64,000 nucleotides of DNA from contig JBDQPD010000001.1 in assembly GCA_040260805.1 (NCBI GenBank), forward strand, positions 4,802 through 68,801. The letters run 5' to 3'. Below the pieces are notes generated by a model. The model did not search any database and was not told the origin of the DNA. It was given only the letters and a program-made list of their open reading frames with translations. Position 1 is the first letter of the stretch. The number at the start of each line of letters is the position of its first letter. The position numbers and the translations under genes were made by a program. This DNA is from Myxococcota bacterium (GTDB taxonomy: Bacteria; Myxococcota; UBA4151). This document shows, piece after piece, positions 36,334-45,605 of this stretch.

Positions 36334-38145
36334 TCAGCGCTCGATGATCTTGAATTCAACGCGACGGTTTTTAGCACGAGCAGCCTTAGTTCTGGCTTTC
36401 TCTATCGGCCGTATTTCACCAAAGCCGATGGCATCGAGAGCATCAGCAGAGACGCCTTTGCTCACCAAATAGTCTCGCACCGCATCCGCACGCTTTTGAG
36501 ATAAGCGCATGTTCGAGCTCGCCGCACCGACGTCATCGGTATGTCCCTCAACGAGCACCTTGCCGATCTTGTTCGTCACGATCGCATCAGCGACTTGATC
36601 AAGCATCTCAAAGCTCGCTTTGAGCACCTTGGACCGACCGGTTCTAAAGCGAACCTTTTGGCTGATTTCGATCCGCTCTTTGGTCACCTTGATCAGCGTG
36701 TACTTCTTATCAGGGCAGCCATCCTCATCGGTGACACCGTTGATGGTTTCGGGCTGCATCGGGCAACGATCATCGGCGTCTTTGATACCGTCTTTGTCGT
36801 TGTCGTAGTCCGGGCACCCGTCTTCATCTTCGAACTGGTCGCGGTCTTCTTTGTCGTTCGGGCATTTATCGACCTCGTCTTGGAAGCCGTCTTGATCGTT
36901 ATCAAGGTCCGGACAGCCGTCTAAGTCTTCAAAGCCGTCGCGGTCTTCGGCGACCGTCGGACATTTATCCGTGGTGTCCGGGACACCGTCGGCGTCGTTG
37001 TCGCGGTCTGGGCAGCCATCTTCGTCTTTGAACCCGTCTTTGTCTTCAGGGTCTGTCGGGCAGCGATCGTCGCGATCTAAGATTCCGTCGTTATCCGAGT
37101 CGGCGTCTTCTTCTTCTGGGCAACCATCGTTGTCTTGATAGCCGTCGAAGTCTTCAGGTTTGTTCGGACATTTGTCTTCGTCGTCTAAGAAGCCATCGCC
37201 GTCTTTGTCAGGCGGTGGGCAGCCTTTGTGCTTCCGCAAGCCTGGGATCTCTGGGCAGGCATCTTCGACGTCAAGAACGCCATCGTTATCCGAATCTTTT
37301 TTCGGGATGATGACTTTCTTGGGTGTTTTGGGTTTTGGCGCACAGGGGCGTGACTCTTCACGGGTGCGGACCGCTAATGTGCCGGCCTTTTGAGCCGACT
37401 TTTTAGCTTCGAACCAAAGCCCTAGCTTGATGGAGACCCGAGCAAACTCGGCATGAGCTTCGGCTTCCGCCAGTGACTTGGGTGCGCAACGGATTGCTCC
37501 GCTTCCACGCGCTTGCTCTAGAATCTCTTCGTACGCTTTAATCTGCGCTAGCAGTCGAGCCGTACCACCACCACCGGTAGACTCGGTGGTTGCGATGAGT
37601 CGGTTGGCGCGACGATCTTCGACCTCTTTGCACAAGATCGGCCGGTCCCAGTAGGTGCTGCTCTGGGCTAAACCAGCCAGCTTACGAAGTTCTGTTCCCA
37701 CCGCCTGCAGGCGGTCGCCGGATGTTGAGACGGCATCTCGGGCAAGATTGACTCGTGCGATTTTAGCGCCTGATAAAGCCGACTTCTGACTCGCTTGTTC
37801 GAGATCTCCCGACACCGTTTTGAGCGTACTTTGCATGGCCTTAACGCCACCCATACCCTCATTGAGCTTTTGCAGGCCACCGCGCAAACCAGGGGGGAGC
37901 TCGTCGAGCTTTGATTCATCGATTTTGAATCGCTTCTCATCGACTTTGATGATGCCCCTAAGTGCGCTGGCTTGATCGGCTAGATCGTGGAGCGCACAGG
38001 TCGCCTCTTCCATATCCTCAAGCGGCTTGAGCGCCTTGAAAGCCTTGGCATACGGCTCGTCGATGGACGGGTCGCCGACCGAGCGATAGGGAGAAACAGT
38101 TGAGCAACCTGCGAGGGTAAGCAGGCAAAGCGAAAGCCTTACCAT
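36334..38145 (-). CDS. OmpA-family peptidoglycan-binding protein with tandem thrombospondin type-3 (TSP3) calcium-binding repeats and N-terminal coiled-coil domain
   Basis: C-term OmpA_C motif (RFRTGRSKV...NRRVEF). Central DxDxDGxxDxxDxCP repeats, at least 10 copies. Lipoprotein-like N-term LAGCST. Confidence 0.8.
   Translation of the reverse strand: MVRLSLCLLTLAGCSTVSPYRSVGDPSIDEPYAKAFKALKPLEDMEEATCALHDLADQASALRGIIKVDEKRFKIDESKLDELPPGLRGGLQKLNEGMGGVKAMQSTLKTVSGDLEQASQKSALSGAKIARVNLARDAVSTSGDRLQAVGTELRKLAGLAQSSTYWDRPILCKEVEDRRANRLIATTESTGGGGTARLLAQIKAYEEILEQARGSGAIRCAPKSLAEAEAHAEFARVSIKLGLWFEAKKSAQKAGTLAVRTREESRPCAPKPKTPKKVIIPKKDSDNDGVLDVEDACPEIPGLRKHKGCPPPDKDGDGFLDDEDKCPNKPEDFDGYQDNDGCPEEEDADSDNDGILDRDDRCPTDPEDKDGFKDEDGCPDRDNDADGVPDTTDKCPTVAEDRDGFEDLDGCPDLDNDQDGFQDEVDKCPNDKEDRDQFEDEDGCPDYDNDKDGIKDADDRCPMQPETINGVTDEDGCPDKKYTLIKVTKERIEISQKVRFRTGRSKVLKASFEMLDQVADAIVTNKIGKVLVEGHTDDVGAASSNMRLSQKRADAVRDYLVSKGVSADALDAIGFGEIRPIEKARTKAARAKNRRVEFKIIER
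36720..37300 (-). repeat. Coding tandem repeat: TSP3-like Asp-rich calcium-binding repeats inside the OmpA-family gene
   Basis: Repeated GA(C/T)-rich codon units encoding DxDxDGxxDxxDxCP. They generate spurious open frames on the opposite strand (e.g. the 36541-36924 '+' ORF). Confidence 0.6.
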
Positions 38146-38465
38146 TCGTATTTTCCTTTACGCTTTTTCTGCGTTGCAGGTCGGCTGTGCATCCGGCGAC
38201 GGGTGATATCCAACGCCTTGCTCGCTCGGATCAGCGCCAGCCCAGCGAACTCGCTTGCGAACTGGTACTCACTGTGACCGTCATATTCTCGAGCCTTTTT
38301 AAGAAACAACTCAGCGCTCGAATACCAATAGGGAGCGAAGCGCTGGGCGTTGAGCAGCCTAGCTTCTTCAAGCGCGGCATCCGCTGCCACGATATTGCTG
38401 GTGGCGATCACGGGTCCACATGCCGACAGTGAACACAACAAAGCAATAACGAGCGCTCGACGCAT
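38139..38465 (-). CDS. DUF4398-like small lipoprotein (commonly paired with OmpA-family genes)
   Basis: Lipobox LSACGP. Helical Ala-rich pattern ADAALEEARLLNAQRFAPYWYSSAELFLKKAREY. 7-nt overlap with the downstream OmpA gene. Confidence 0.5.
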   Translation of the reverse strand: MRRALVIALLCSLSACGPVIATSNIVAADAALEEARLLNAQRFAPYWYSSAELFLKKAREYDGHSEYQFASEFAGLALIRASKALDITRRRMHSRPATQKKRKGKYEW

Positions 38466-38489
38466 AGCTTCCCCTTATTGGGCTTCCCT

Positions 38490-39632
38490 TTAGGGGCTTT
38501 CCACGGGGGTGAGCAAGCCTTCAGAAATGATTCCTAAATAAGCATCATGCAGAACGACCCGCCAGGGCTCCCCATCAAAGTTGATCGTTGGAACGCCCCA
38601 GCTGTCCGCGTAGTCTGGCGGACGACCGGCGCTGGCTCGAGCGAATGTGCCTAGTGGGTATCCTTGATCCTGGGCATTAAGAATATACACGCTGGTCTGG
38701 GGTAAGGCGTCAGCGCCTTCGCCTAAGCGCAGGGGATCAAAGACCAGCACATGCCGAGCCGGTGTCGCTCGAACGTTCTCGATGACCGCAACGGTTCCAT
38801 TGAGAATGTACGATCCAGCAAAGCGCTGATCCATCTCGGCGCGCCACACCACACAGCGCTCGCAGTCACCGCAGCTGGTGGTCGAGCGACCCCGAAAGCA
38901 CACCATCCGCTCGCCGTCGCGGCCGCAGCGTGTTTCGCCGGTTCCGCACTGATCTAAACCGCTTGAGCACGGACCGCCGGGAGAGCAGAACCGACCAGAA
39001 AACGGATTGTTCTCATCTTGCATGCAGACGGCTCGACAGAACCCGCCAGGAGTGCAGGTGTGTCCTTCGCTGCAGTCTCCATCATTCGCACAAGGTTGAT
39101 TAGGATTAACACAATCCGAATCATCTAGGCATTGCTTCGCGTTCGCAGTGATCCGTGAGGCGCACCCTCCGCAGACGTTGCGAGGGTTGTCATCGGGGCA
39201 GATCGTTGCGGTCGCATCAGCGTTACAAATGACCGTCCCGCAACCGTGAGCCCCACAGGTTTCGCCGGGCTGGCCAGCGCTGTCATCAAGCTCTTCGCAG
39301 CCTCCACAGATGTTCGCTTCATCAAAGAAACACTCGAGCGTCCCCTCGGTGGAGCACAGATATTGACCGCAGCCGGTCTGGCCGCAGGTGTCTCCGTAGG
39401 CGCAGCCCTCTTCGGGGCAGTCAGGACCGAAAATAACGGTGTTGCGATCACAGGGAGGCTCGACCGGTCCAGTGTCCGGCGCGGGGCCAGTGTCGATGAC
39501 GCCGGCTTCAGGCTCGCCCGCATCAACAGCAGCGTCCGGTTGGCCGACATCAACGATCACGCCCGCATCTGGAGCTGGGGGTTCTGGGATGCAGGCGCTT
39601 GCGAGCGCCAGGATGCATACTAATCGATTCAA
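38490..39632 (-). CDS. Cys-rich secreted lipoprotein with uncharacterised ~130-aa C-terminal domain
   Basis: Lipobox LASACIP. Pro/Asp/Ala-rich linker. About 40 Cys in CxxC/CGGC-type spacing, then a Cys-free C-terminal domain. Confidence 0.45.
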   Translation of the reverse strand: MNRLVCILALASACIPEPPAPDAGVIVDVGQPDAAVDAGEPEAGVIDTGPAPDTGPVEPPCDRNTVIFGPDCPEEGCAYGDTCGQTGCGQYLCSTEGTLECFFDEANICGGCEELDDSAGQPGETCGAHGCGTVICNADATATICPDDNPRNVCGGCASRITANAKQCLDDSDCVNPNQPCANDGDCSEGHTCTPGGFCRAVCMQDENNPFSGRFCSPGGPCSSGLDQCGTGETRCGRDGERMVCFRGRSTTSCGDCERCVVWRAEMDQRFAGSYILNGTVAVIENVRATPARHVLVFDPLRLGEGADALPQTSVYILNAQDQGYPLGTFARASAGRPPDYADSWGVPTINFDGEPWRVVLHDAYLGIISEGLLTPVESP

Positions 39633-40477
39633 GGACGATCTCCGTCTGCGGCTGATGAAGACTCTACATCGGCTGGCTTGGTCTTTCCAGCGCCTGGCGA
39701 TGCAGCGCGAATCCAGCGTAGCGCTCGAGCCCGCACTTTAGCTTCTCGATCCGTCTTTGGCTTGATCTTTTCAAGGCGCGCCAGGTGAGCGTTTGTCCCG
39801 ACATGACCCAGCCCTATCCATAAGGTGATGCGTCTCGTTTGTGGGGCATCGTTTGCTTCGAGTGACCGGGCCCAGTCGTCTACGCGCAGGGTGCTACCCT
39901 CCCGGATGAGTCGCTCCATTTTGCTGTGTGGTGTTGGTCGTTGAGCGGGGGCGTTTAGAGCGGCCTCGATCGCAGCGCTAACTAAAGCGGGTAAGGTCCG
40001 GATCAAAGCCTGGTTATCGGCCTGCCTGGCCAGTTTGAGTTCGGCACGGCCTTCCATCGCCCGAAGCGTTGTGGTTCGATCGTTTCCTACGACTTCGACG
40101 ACGACTCGACATGCGCATGATGGGCTCGAGCCACCCCGGCAGCCGACGATCACACCCTGCAAACGTAAGCTGATGATACCCATTTGGCGCTTGGGCTTGA
40201 GTTGAGCATCAATCACCGAACGGAGCTCTTTTTGGGTCGCCTGGTCGTCGAGATCTTGGATGGCGATTTGACCTTCGAAGGGCTCCCATTGGTGAGGGCT
40301 AGGGAGGGCTGTTGCGCCTCGCTGAAAGAGGAGGCGCCCGGCTTGGTTAGGGGTCGTACAGGCACCGAGAAGGAAAACGATGCTGATTCGAGCTAGACTC
40401 GACCGCCGAGCGCGCCGATGCCCGGTGAGATCGCTCGCGCTTCGCGAGGCTGGGGAGCTGATGGTCCGTACATTCAT
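39629..40477 (-). CDS. Hypothetical lipoprotein
   Basis: IVFLLGACTTPN lipobox. No recognised domains. 4-nt overlap with the downstream Cys-rich gene. Confidence 0.35.
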   Translation of the reverse strand: MNVRTISSPASRSASDLTGHRRARRSSLARISIVFLLGACTTPNQAGRLLFQRGATALPSPHQWEPFEGQIAIQDLDDQATQKELRSVIDAQLKPKRQMGIISLRLQGVIVGCRGGSSPSCACRVVVEVVGNDRTTTLRAMEGRAELKLARQADNQALIRTLPALVSAAIEAALNAPAQRPTPHSKMERLIREGSTLRVDDWARSLEANDAPQTRRITLWIGLGHVGTNAHLARLEKIKPKTDREAKVRARALRWIRAASPGAGKTKPADVESSSAADGDRP

Positions 40478-41393
40478 GACGAGTGTCCTGATCCTCTCAG
40501 CGGCATCACCGACATTAGCTGGCGACTATCCGATCCTGCGTGATCGCAGCAAGTACGGCTCGATGCCGCACGACCAAGTCGACGCCACCATTCGTGATAT
40601 TGCACGTTTCCGCCACCTTCGTCGCCGAGTGCTCAGCCACAGCTCGCTGATGCTCGGCGCCAATTATCGGCCCGACCCACTCGGTGAGGGTCAGCAGGGT
40701 CGCGTGGACTCTGACCCACGCTTTCAGCTGGCTCCGGTCGACTGCGTGACCTTCGTCGAGTCGACCTTAGCCATGGCGCTAGCTGGCGACCTGGACCAAG
40801 CAAAGCGATGGATGGACCGGCTGCGGTACTCGGGTACTAAGGTCGGCTTTGCTCGTCGTAATCACTTTATGCTCGCCAACTGGCTGCCGCATTTAAAGCG
40901 CCACCGGGTGCTGCGCGACATCACCCGCACGATCGGTGAAGGTGACACCCTCGTTCATGACTACGATAAGGTGAATTGGTCGCAGATCGCGCCGAGGTTT
41001 TTACCCGCTAACTTTGACTCGATGCATCCACCGAAAGGTCGTGTCGAGCTGCCTTTGGTCAACTTGGACACACTCGAAGCCAACCTAAAGGCTGTGCCGA
41101 ATGGAACGATTTTGCTGCTGGTCCGCGTGGAGCGACCGCGGATTCCTGTGCGCATCTCCCATCTGGGCTTCGTGATTCACCACAAGAGCGGTCGGACGAT
41201 TTTTCGTCACGCCAGCCAAGAGGGCTGGGGTCGTGTCGTTGATGAGGATTTGATCCGCTACCTTCGAAGGCTCGATAACCGCAGCAAGTGGGCTATTCAG
41301 GGGGTTAGTTTGCAGCTTCCTAGGCACCCAAAGACGCTCCCGGGGACCTTGCTTGAACCCGATCAGATTGCGCTAAAAGGCTGGTTGCCTTAG
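40461..41393 (+). CDS. Secreted hypothetical protein with papain-like Cys...His arrangement (candidate amidase/peptidase-like, DUF1460-like)
   Basis: Start chosen at MVRTFMTSVLILSAASPTLA (signal peptide). Candidate catalytic motifs VDCVTFVES and SHLGFVIHH. Confidence 0.35.
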   Translation: MVRTFMTSVLILSAASPTLAGDYPILRDRSKYGSMPHDQVDATIRDIARFRHLRRRVLSHSSLMLGANYRPDPLGEGQQGRVDSDPRFQLAPVDCVTFVESTLAMALAGDLDQAKRWMDRLRYSGTKVGFARRNHFMLANWLPHLKRHRVLRDITRTIGEGDTLVHDYDKVNWSQIAPRFLPANFDSMHPPKGRVELPLVNLDTLEANLKAVPNGTILLLVRVERPRIPVRISHLGFVIHHKSGRTIFRHASQEGWGRVVDEDLIRYLRRLDNRSKWAIQGVSLQLPRHPKTLPGTLLEPDQIALKGWLP

Positions 41394-41466
41394 TGCATCG
41401 ACACGCTAACCGATTGCGACAGACCAGCGCTCATGGCAGCGTGTCGCTACGCTTTGGAGACGATCT

Positions 41467-42570
41467 ATGTCCCGCCTTCCTTTGATCTATCTTTCCGCTC
41501 TGGTGGTCGCGACCACTGGCTGTCCAGATGATGACCAGTTTGGTCGCCTGAATTTTGACGCGGGCCCGCCCGCTGACGCCGGCCCGGCGCCGAACGATCT
41601 CCCGATCAATGTGGGCGACCCGTTCACCTATCAAGGGATTTCGCGCACGCCGAATGGATGCGTTGGCGGGTTCATCGACGCTCAATGCGAAGAGCAGGGT
41701 AGCTGGTATCTGAACATGACGGTGACCGATAAGGTCCCGGATAAAGCCAGCAACGTGACCAGTGGAAGCTCGTGCGCGTCCGGTCAGACCCTAGTCGAGC
41801 CGACCCAGGATCGGTGCGCAACGTGCCCCAGCGATGATATTCCGACCTTGCTCAACGGCGCGCCGGACGCCGATGGAGTCGCAGGCGATCCTCAAGTGTA
41901 CTGCATCCCAGCTCGCGGCTGGGACAACGTGTACAACCTGCGCGCGATGAGCGACTACAGCATGTCGGTTGAGCACCCTGCGCCGCCCAATCTTGGTAGT
42001 TCTTGGCTGTACAACCTAGCACCTTGGGATGAATCGCAGATTGCTCCCTTCGCTGGTGAGAAGAGTTTTCGCACGAACGTCGCCATGCTGCCCCGCTCAT
42101 CGAAGACGCCGTTTCCTTGGGCGCTGGACCTGAGCAAATGGGATGTTGTGTCTCAAGAGTTTGTTGATCGTATCCTCGAGGTTGATCCGGACGCAGACAT
42201 TCAGCGACCCGAGGGTGGGGCGTACATGAAAGCGCTGATGAACTATGATCTCAACGGCGTTGCGACGCGCCACACCATCGAGGTTTTGTATCATGAGCGC
42301 GGCTACCTTTGTAAGTTCAACGAGGAGCTTGGCGCACCAGCCCCGGGTTCAGACCGACGTATTCGAAATGGTGAAACCGGCGGTATGAACGTCTTGATCC
42401 AACTCAAAAAAGATCCCGATACGGCGCTGGGTGTAAACACAGTTGATGGTGAGGCGACTTGCGTCTCGGATGGTGATTGCCCCGACCGGTTTAGCTGCCG
42501 CGGCGAGCCGAAGCGCTGCCGTCGCTTGATGCCACGCTGTTGCATCCCTGGCGTCGGAGGCTGTCGCTAG
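41467..42570 (+). CDS. Hypothetical lipoprotein, Cys-containing
   Basis: Lipobox VVATTGCPDD. No recognised domains. C-terminal Cys cluster CRGEPKRCRRLMPRCCIPGVGGC. Confidence 0.4.
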   Translation: MSRLPLIYLSALVVATTGCPDDDQFGRLNFDAGPPADAGPAPNDLPINVGDPFTYQGISRTPNGCVGGFIDAQCEEQGSWYLNMTVTDKVPDKASNVTSGSSCASGQTLVEPTQDRCATCPSDDIPTLLNGAPDADGVAGDPQVYCIPARGWDNVYNLRAMSDYSMSVEHPAPPNLGSSWLYNLAPWDESQIAPFAGEKSFRTNVAMLPRSSKTPFPWALDLSKWDVVSQEFVDRILEVDPDADIQRPEGGAYMKALMNYDLNGVATRHTIEVLYHERGYLCKFNEELGAPAPGSDRRIRNGETGGMNVLIQLKKDPDTALGVNTVDGEATCVSDGDCPDRFSCRGEPKRCRRLMPRCCIPGVGGCR

Positions 42571-42573
42571 AGA

Positions 42574-43266
42574 GTGACTGAGCTTGCGATTAACAGCTGG
42601 GCTGGTGGTCAGGTTGCGATCGACGCATGGCGGTCGGTCAGTTTTGACCTAGACGGAACTTTTGCCGACACGTCGACGGACTTAGCGGCTGCACTAAACG
42701 CGCTGCGTGTAGAGCTCGATCAGGCGCCTTTACCGACGCCGGATGTTGCTCGTTTCGTGGGGCGCGGCGCCCGTTGGTTGGTCGCCAATTGCATCGATGG
42801 AATCGATGATGTCGCCGTTGACGGGCATGTACAGCGGTTCTTGAGCCACTATGAGCAGTGTTGCTGCGATACCACTGCGCCTTACGAAGGGCTTGAAGAC
42901 CTCGTGCGTCGGTTGCGCGCTGCGGGTGTGGTGGTTTCGATCGCCACCAACAAACCGCGCCGCTTCACCGAGGCGATCATCGACGGTCTCGAGTGGGGCG
43001 ATTGGTTCGATTCGGTGCATTGCGGCGATGATGGCCCTTCGAAGCCTGACCCAGCGATGATCTTTGCGGCGATCGAAGCGGCACAGACCGCACCAGAGCA
43101 CCACCTTCACATCGGCGATACGCCGACTGATGCTCGCGCGGCTGCGAACGCCCGATGTCATTTTACCCCCGTCGCTTGGGGAATGGACGCAGGCAAAGCT
43201 TTGGCTGAGATGGGCCTGCCCGGGTTTGATGATTCGAGCGATTTGATCGCGGCTTGGGTCGGGTGA
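42574..43266 (+). CDS. HAD-superfamily hydrolase, phosphoglycolate phosphatase-like (Gph-type)
   Basis: Motif I FDLDGTFADT. Motif III K (SIATNKPR). Motif IV GDTPTDARAAANA. Confidence 0.7.
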   Translation: MTELAINSWAGGQVAIDAWRSVSFDLDGTFADTSTDLAAALNALRVELDQAPLPTPDVARFVGRGARWLVANCIDGIDDVAVDGHVQRFLSHYEQCCCDTTAPYEGLEDLVRRLRAAGVVVSIATNKPRRFTEAIIDGLEWGDWFDSVHCGDDGPSKPDPAMIFAAIEAAQTAPEHHLHIGDTPTDARAAANARCHFTPVAWGMDAGKALAEMGLPGFDDSSDLIAAWVG

Positions 43267-44300
43267 GCAGCGTGCGCGTCGCGGTCATTGGCGCTTCGGG
43301 GTACACCGGCGCTGAGATGCTTCGATTGATCGATGGGCACCCTCATTTAGAGCGAGCGGGCGTTTTTGCCTCGAGCAGTGCGGGCGATCATCTCTCGTCG
43401 CATTATCCAAGCTTGGATCGCTCGGGCGCTGAGCTTCTTGAGCGATTAGATGTTTCGGCTTTGGTTGAGCGCGCCGATTGGGCTGTTTTGGGTTTGCCTC
43501 ATGGCACCAGCGCTGAGCTCGCCGATCAACTTCTTGAAGCCGGGCTTGGGGTCGTTGACCTGAGCGCTTCGTTTCGTTTGCCCGCAGATCTTTATGCGAC
43601 TCATTACGGTGATCACCCCTGTCCCGAGCGGATCGGGCAGGCTGTTTACGGTTTGCCTGAGCTGCATCGGCAAGAGCTAGCTGGTGCGCGGCTGATCGCT
43701 GGACCTGGGTGCTTTCCAACGGGTGTGACCTTGGCTTGTGTCTCACTTTATCAAGCGGGACTGGTCGCCGATGCGCCTTTGATCGCTGATTGCAAAACGG
43801 GAGTCACAGGTGCGGGCGCTAAAGCCAGCGCAGTGACGCATTTTGCGAATCTAGCGGATACGGTCACTCCGTATAAAGTTGAGGGTCATCGCCACGCCCC
43901 TGAGATCGCTTACAACTTGAGCGGCGCCGCGCCGGTGCGCGTGCGGTTCACCCCGCATTTGCTGCCGATAAGACGGGGCATCTTATCGACTTGTTATCTG
44001 CCTTTGATCCAAGGTGTTGAGGGTCAGACATTGGATCACACGCTCGATACATTTTGTGATTCGGAGCGTTTTGTTCATCGCTTACCCAAAGGTGTTCAGC
44101 CCAGCCTGGCTCGGGTCGCCGGGACCAACGAAGTCGAGATCCAGCTCGTTCACGATGAGGCTAACGGTCTAGCCGTCGTGACCAGCGCCATCGATAATCT
44201 GTGCAAAGGCAGCTCGGGAGGCGCCTTGCAGGCGCTCAATATTGCTTTGGGCTTTGACGAGGGCGCTGGGCTCGATCATTTGACGCCGGCTGTGCCCTAA
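43264..44300 (+). CDS. argC: N-acetyl-gamma-glutamyl-phosphate reductase ArgC
   Basis: VAVIGASGYTGAEMLRLI Rossmann N-term. Active-site GPGCFPTG. Start set at GTG (VSSVRVAV...). Confidence 0.9.
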
Positions 44301-45472
44301 GCAGCGCCCGACTCAATGGCTTTGAGTCGTTGATGTAGGCACTCTGGAGTGATGGTTTCGAGCTCAAGTTCTGACTCGGGGTAACGGTACACATCGCCGA
44401 GGAAGTTGCGAAAGACTAAGCTGCCTTCCTCCATGCCGATGACGTAGTTCGGCGAGAGCGGGATTTTTCCGCCACCGCCCGGCGCGTCGACGACATAGTG
44501 GGGGCTCGCCATCCCAGACATGTGCCCCCGAAGCCCTTTGACGATCTCAAGACCAGTGGCAATCGAGGTTCTAAAATGGCTCGTCCCTTCCGCCAGATCG
44601 CACTGAAACATATAATACGGACGAACGCGCATCTGCAGCAAGCTGCGGTTGAGTGCTGAGACTTTTTCGACCGAATCATTAATCCCTTTCATCAGGACCA
44701 TCTGGTTGTTCATCGGTGTCCCTGATTGCGCCACGCGATCGCAGGCATCCCATGCCTCATCGGTGATCTCTTCAACGCAGTTGTAATGGGTGTTGAAGAA
44801 AATACTCAGATGCCGTGATTGGTAGTGCTTGAGCATCGCCGTGAACTCATCGTTGCAGCGCTGCGGCAGGGTCACCAAATTGCGCGACCCAAGACGGCAG
44901 TACTTGATGCTTGGTATGGCGCTGAGCTCTTCGAAGATCGTTGCGAGCCGTTTGTCCGCTAAACTGAGGGGGTCTCCGCCGCTAATCAACACATCATTAA
45001 CCTCTGGGTGGGCAGCTAAATAATCGAAGATCTCTCGGTATTCCCGTTTGCTCGTCATCGATTTGGGGTCGGCGACTTTACGTTTGCGTGTGCAAAACCG
45101 GCAGTACATCGCGCAGTTGTGGTTGGTGTAAAATAGAACGCGGTCTGGATAACGGTGGGTTAGCCCGGGAACCACCATGTTCGACTCTTCACCCAGCGGG
45201 TCTTCGAGCTCGAAATTTGAAATTTTAGTCTCACCCATCTTCGGCACGGCTTGCAGACGAATGGGGCAGTTTGGATCTTCAGGATCCATCAGCGAGGCGT
45301 AATAAGGGGTAATCCCCATGTGAAAGATGGGGTCGGTTAGACGAAAAGCCTCTCGCTCGTCTGGGGTGACATCAATCCACTCCTCAAGCTGCTCGAGATT
45401 TCGGATGCGGTACTTTTGATGCCATCTCCAGTCGCTCCATTCCTCTTTGGTCCAAGTGACCCGCTTTTTCAT
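44297..45472 (-). CDS. KamA-family radical SAM enzyme, probable L-lysine 2,3-aminomutase
   Basis: CAMYCRFCTRK (CxxxCxxC) plus strong overall resemblance to Clostridium KamA (GLTHRYPDRVL, GGDPL, RPYY, VDAPGGGGK). Confidence 0.8.
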   Translation of the reverse strand: MKKRVTWTKEEWSDWRWHQKYRIRNLEQLEEWIDVTPDEREAFRLTDPIFHMGITPYYASLMDPEDPNCPIRLQAVPKMGETKISNFELEDPLGEESNMVVPGLTHRYPDRVLFYTNHNCAMYCRFCTRKRKVADPKSMTSKREYREIFDYLAAHPEVNDVLISGGDPLSLADKRLATIFEELSAIPSIKYCRLGSRNLVTLPQRCNDEFTAMLKHYQSRHLSIFFNTHYNCVEEITDEAWDACDRVAQSGTPMNNQMVLMKGINDSVEKVSALNRSLLQMRVRPYYMFQCDLAEGTSHFRTSIATGLEIVKGLRGHMSGMASPHYVVDAPGGGGKIPLSPNYVIGMEEGSLVFRNFLGDVYRYPESELELETITPECLHQRLKAIESGAA

Positions 45473-45605
45473 GCGATCTCCAAAGTGATTCGGTGCGTTA
45501 GAAGCTCTGACAATCGCCCTGACTAAAGCTGCTGCGCTCTAAGTTTGTCATGCCATCCTAGCGCGAAGGCCGCTAGAGCAGTAGGTCCCAAGGTAAGGAA
45601 AGCTC

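Noticed and set aside
36541-36924. 127-aa plus-strand ORF over the TSP3 repeat region
   Set aside because: The frame is kept open by the repetitive GAC/GAT-rich coding repeat on the other strand. The product is low complexity (VVVVR, FFVV).
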